Below are positions 19,055 to 24,147 of a DNA stretch of 24,147 nt, in pieces (within the stretch, counting starts at the first letter, position 1; the number at the start of each line of letters is the position of its first letter). Below the pieces are notes generated by a model. That model had not been told where the DNA came from. It saw only the letters and a list, made by a program, of their open reading frames with translations, and ran no database searches. The translations under genes were made by a program, and so were the position numbers. This DNA is from Chiloscyllium plagiosum (lineage: Eukaryota), in NCBI RefSeq assembly GCF_004010195.1, contig NC_057718.1:89254250-89278396 (forward strand), given 5' to 3'.

Positions 19055-22000
19055 ACACTGCACCGGGGACCACACTGCAACACAACACACTGCACCGGGG
19101 ACCACACTGCAACACAAGACACTGCACTGGGGACCACACTGCAACACACTCCACTGCACTGGGGACCACACTGCAACACACTGCACTGCAATGGGGACAA
19201 CACTGCAACACAACACACTGCACAGGGGACCACATTATACAGGGGACCACACTGCAACACAACACACTGCACCGGGGACCACACTGCAACACACTGCACT
19301 GGGGACCACACTGCAACACACTGCACAGGGGACCACACTGCCACACACTGCACAGGGGACCACACTGCCACACAACACACTGCACTGCGGACCACAATGC
19401 AACACAGCACACTGCACAGGGGACCACACTGCAACACAACACACTGTACTGGGGACCACACTGCAATACACTGCACCGGGGACCAAACTGCAACACAACA
19501 CACTGCACTGGGGACTAAACTGCAACACAACACACTGCACTGGGGATCACACTGCAACAGGGACCACACTGCAACACAACACACTGCACTGGGGACCACA
19601 CTGCAACACAAAACACTGCACTGGGGACCACACTGCAACACAACACACTGCACTGAGGACCACACTGCAACACACTGCACTGCAATGGGGACAACACTGC
19701 AACACAACACACTGCACAGGGGACCACATAAACAGGGGACCACACTGCAACACAACACACTGCACTGAGGACCACACTGCAACACACTGCACTGCAATGG
19801 GGACAACACTGCAACACAACACACTGCACAGGGGACCACACTAAACAGGGGACCACACTGCAACACAACACATTGCACAGGGGACCACACTGCAACACAC
19901 TGCACTGGGGACCACACTGCCACACACTGCCACACAACACACTGCACTGCGGACCACAATGCAACACAACACACTGCACTGGGAACCACACTGCAACACA
20001 CTGTACTGGGGACCACACTGCAACGCACTGCACAGGGGACCACACTGCAACGCACTGCTCTGGGGATCATACTGCAACGCACCGCAAGGGAGGCCACACT
20101 GCAACACAACACACTGCAGTGGGGATCACTCTGCAACACATCTGCACTGGGGACGACACTGCAACGCACTGCACTGGGGACCACACTGCAACTCACCGCA
20201 CTGGGGACGACACTGCAACAGAACACACTGCAGTAGGGACCACACTGCAACACAACACACTGCACTGGGGACCACACTGGACAGAGGACAACACTGCAAC
20301 ACACTGCACTGGGGACCACATTGCAACACAACAGACTGCACTGGGGACCACATTGCAACACAACAGACTGTACTGGGGTCCAAACTGCAACACAACACAC
20401 TGCACTGGGGACCACACTGCAACACAACACACTGCACTGGGGACCACAGTGCAATACACCGCTCTGGGACACACACTGCAACACAACACACTGCACTGGG
20501 GCCACACTGCAAAACAACACACTGCACTGGGGCCACACTGCAAAACCCCGCACTGCACTGGGGCCCACATTGTGAAACCCCGCACTGGGGATCACACTGC
20601 AACATACCTCACTGGGGACCACACTGCAACACAACACACTGCACTGGGGCCCTCACTGCAAAACACCGCACTGAGGACCACACTGCAACACAAAATACTG
20701 CACTGGGAAACACACTGCAACTCACCGCACTGGGGACGACACTGCAACAGAACACACTGCAGTAGGGACCACACTGCAACACAACACACTGCACTGGGGA
20801 CCACACTAGACAGAGGACAACACTGCAACACACTGCACTGGGGACCACATTGCAACACAACAGACTGCACTGGGGACCACATTGCAACACAACAGACTGT
20901 ACTGGGGTCCAAACTGCAACACAACACACTGCACTGGGGACCACACTGCAACACAACACACTGCACAGGGGACCACAGTGCAACACACCGCACTGGGACA
21001 CACACTGCAACACAACACACTGCACTGGGGCCACACTGCAAAACCCCGCACTGGGGATCACACTGCAACATACCTCACTGGGGACCACACTGCAACACAA
21101 CACACTGCACTGGGGCCCTCACTGCAAAACACCGCACTGAGGACCACACTGCAACACAAAATACTGCACTGGGGACCACACTGCAACACACTGCAAGGGG
21201 GGCCACACTGCAACACAACACACTGCACTGCGGACCACACTGCAACACACTGCACTGGGGACCACACTGCAATGCAAAGCACTGCACTGGGGACCACACT
21301 GCAACGCACTGCACTGGGAACTACACTGAAACTCACCGCACTGGGGACGACACTGCAACAGAACACACTGCATTAGGGACCACACTGCAACACACTGCAC
21401 TGGGGACCACACTGCAACACACTGCACAGGGGACAACACTGCAACACACTGCACAGGGGACCACACTGCAACGGGGACCACATTGCAACACAACACACTG
21501 CACTAGGGTCCAAACTGCAACACAACACACTGCACTGGGGACCACTCTGCAACACACTGCACTGGGGACCACACTGCAACGGGACCCACACTGCAACACA
21601 ACACACTGCACAGGGAACCACACTGTAACACAACACGCTGCACTGGGAAGCACACTTCAACACAACACACTGCACTGGGAACCACACTGCATCGCACTGC
21701 ACTGGGGACCACACTGCAACACACTGCACTGGGGACAACACTGTAACACAACACACTGCACTGTGAACCACACTGCAACACAACACACTGCACTGGGAAC
21801 CACACTGCGACACAATGCACTGCATTGGGACCACACTGCAATGCAAAGCACTGCACTGGGGGCCACACTGCAATGCACTGCACTGGGGCCACACTGCAAC
21901 GCACTGCACTGGGGACCACACTGTAACACAACACACTGCACTGGGAACCACACTGCAATGCACAGCACTGCACTGGGGGCCACACTGCAATGCACTGCGG

Positions 22001-24147
22001 ACCACACTGCAATGCACTGCACTGGGGACCAGACCGCAATGCACTGCACTGGGGACCACACTGGAACACACCGCACTGCGGACCACACTGCCACACACCG
22101 CACTGCACTGGGGAACACACTGGGGTCCACACTGCAACACAACACACTGTACTGGGGACCGCACTGCAACACACTGCACTGGGGATCACACTGCAACACA
22201 TTGCACTGGGGATCACACTGCAACACACTGCACTGGGGACGACACCACAACAGAACACACTGCACTAGGGACCACACTGCAACACTCTGCACAGGGGACC
22301 ACACTGCAACACACTGCACTGGAGACCACACTGCAACACACTGCACTGGGGACCACACTGCAACACAACATACTGCACTGGGGACCACACTGCAACACAA
22401 CACACTGCACTGGGGACCACACTGTAACACACTGCACCGGGGACCACACTGCAACACACCGCACTGCACTGGGGCCCACACTGCAAAACCCTGCACTGGG
22501 GACCACACTGCAACATACCTCCCTGGGGACCACACTGCAACACAACACACTGCACTGGGGCCCTCACTGCAAAACACCGCACAGGGGACCGCACTGCAAC
22601 ACACTGCACTGGGGAACTCAAAGCAACACACTGCACTGGGGAACTCACTGCACTGGGGACCACATTGCAACACAACACACTGCACTGGGGACCACAGTGC
22701 AACACACCGCACTGAACCGGGACCCACACTGCAACACATTGCATAGGGGACCACACTGCAACGGGGGCAACACTGCAACACACTGCACTGGGGACCACTC
22801 TGCAACACACTGCAATGGGGACCACACTGCAACACAACTCACTGCACCGGGACCCACACTGCAACATAACACACTGCAACACAACACACTGGGGACCACA
22901 CTGCAACACACTGCACTTCACTGGGGACCACACTGCAACACAACACTTAGCACTGGGGTCCACACTGCAACACACTGCACTGGGGACCACACTGCACTGC
23001 ACTGAGGACCACACAGCTTCACAAAACACTGCACAGGGGACCACAATGCAACACAACACACTGCACTGGAAACCACACTGCGACACACTGTACTGGGGAC
23101 CGCACTGGGGTCCACACTGCAGCGCACTGCGCAGGGGACCACACTGCAACACAACACACTGCACTGGGGACCACACTGCAACACAAACTGCACTGGGGCC
23201 CATACTGCAAATCCCCGCACTGGGGACCACACTGTAACACACTGCAGTGGGGGTCACACTGCAACACACTGCACTGGGGACCACACTGCAACACAACACA
23301 CTGCACTGGGGAACACTCTGCAACACAACACACTGCACTGGGGACCACACTGCAACTCACTGCATTGCGACCCACACTGCAACACAACACACTGCACTGG
23401 GGTCCACACTGCAATGCACTGGGTTCCACACTGTAACGCACTGCACTGGGTGCCACACTGCAACGCACTACACTGGGGACAACACTGCAACGCACTGCAC
23501 TGGGGACCACACTGCAACACAGCACACTGCACTGGAGACCACACTGCAACACAGCACACTGCACTGGGGACCACACTGCAACACACTGCACTGAGGATCA
23601 TACTGCAACACACTGCACTGGGGACCACACTGCAACACAACACATTGCACTGGGGATCACACTGCAACACACTGCACTAGGGATGACACAGCAAAACACT
23701 GCACTAGGGACCACATTGCAACACACTGCACTGGGGACCACACTGCAACACAAACTGCACTGGGGCCCATACTGCAAATCCCCGCACTGGGGACCACACT
23801 GTAACACACTGCAGTGGGGGTCACACTGCAACACACTGCACTGGGGACCACACTGCAACACAAACTGCACTGGGGCCCATACTGCAAATCCCCGCACTGG
23901 GGACCACACTGTAACACACTGCAGTGGGGGTCACACTGCAACACACTGCACTGGGGACCACACTGCAACACAAACTGCACTGGGGCCCATACTGCAAATC
24001 CCCGCACTGGGGACCACACTGTAACACACTGCAGTGGGGGTCACACTGCAACACACTGCACTGGGGACCACACTGCAACACAACACACTGCACTGGGACC
24101 GTACTGCAACACATTGCACTGGGGATCACACTGCAACACACTGCACT
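19055..24147. repeat. Intronic minisatellite >5 kb of 27-bp (ACACTGCACTGGGGACCACACTGCAAC) and 32-bp (+ACAAC) units with higher-order repeats; runs off the window end
   Basis: Seen directly. The 9-aa periodic translations (THCTGDHTA, VAVWSPVQC) confirm the 27-bp unit. Confidence 0.97.

Noticed and set aside
18266..19055. Nesprin-1-alpha2 specific first exon (MVVAED-like, recalled) upstream of exon A
   Set aside because: No such peptide with a donor was seen here, and the interval is mostly repeat remnants. It may lie beyond the satellite.
19016..24141. Long ORFs up to 957 aa, rich in Cys/His/Thr or Cys/Val, resembling keratin-associated or metal-binding proteins
   Set aside because: They are open in multiple frames on both strands because the satellite unit lacks stop codons, and the 27/32-bp mix shuffles frames at random. 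They are not credible genes.
19055..24147. CRISPR-like repeat array
   Set aside because: There are no unique spacers and no cas genes, and the context is a vertebrate intron.

Overview
Vertebrate genomic DNA, almost certainly elasmobranch (shark or ray), inferred from HE1-type V-SINEs and CR1-type LINE tails. The whole window lies inside a nesprin gene on the minus strand. It is best matched to SYNE1 from memory, with some SYNE2-like residues. Six canonical GT-AG coding exons (18265-18103, 16917-16730, 15690-15540, 13212-13030, 10906-10769, 7098-6907) splice in frame into the conserved C-terminal spectrin-repeat region (RVKKLKETL...YYKKLMQLP). The introns are dense with CR1 and L2 LINE fragments, several SINE families, a TA-flanked MITE, Penelope-like terminal fragments with hammerhead motifs, GA microsatellites and a 194-bp tandem duplication. 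A >5 kb 27/32-bp minisatellite (19055 to the window end) explains all long ORFs there. Best leads: (1) a candidate muscle-type internal promoter and alternative first exon (MNTERAPFRSPRA|gtaagg, phase 0) for a short nesprin isoform, with a MEF2/E-box cluster about 1 kb upstream; (2) a symmetric exon clamped by inverted SINEs (circRNA or skipping candidate); (3) a minimal hammerhead ribozyme with an intact core inside a three-level nested insertion. No database searches were run, so family names come from recognition only.
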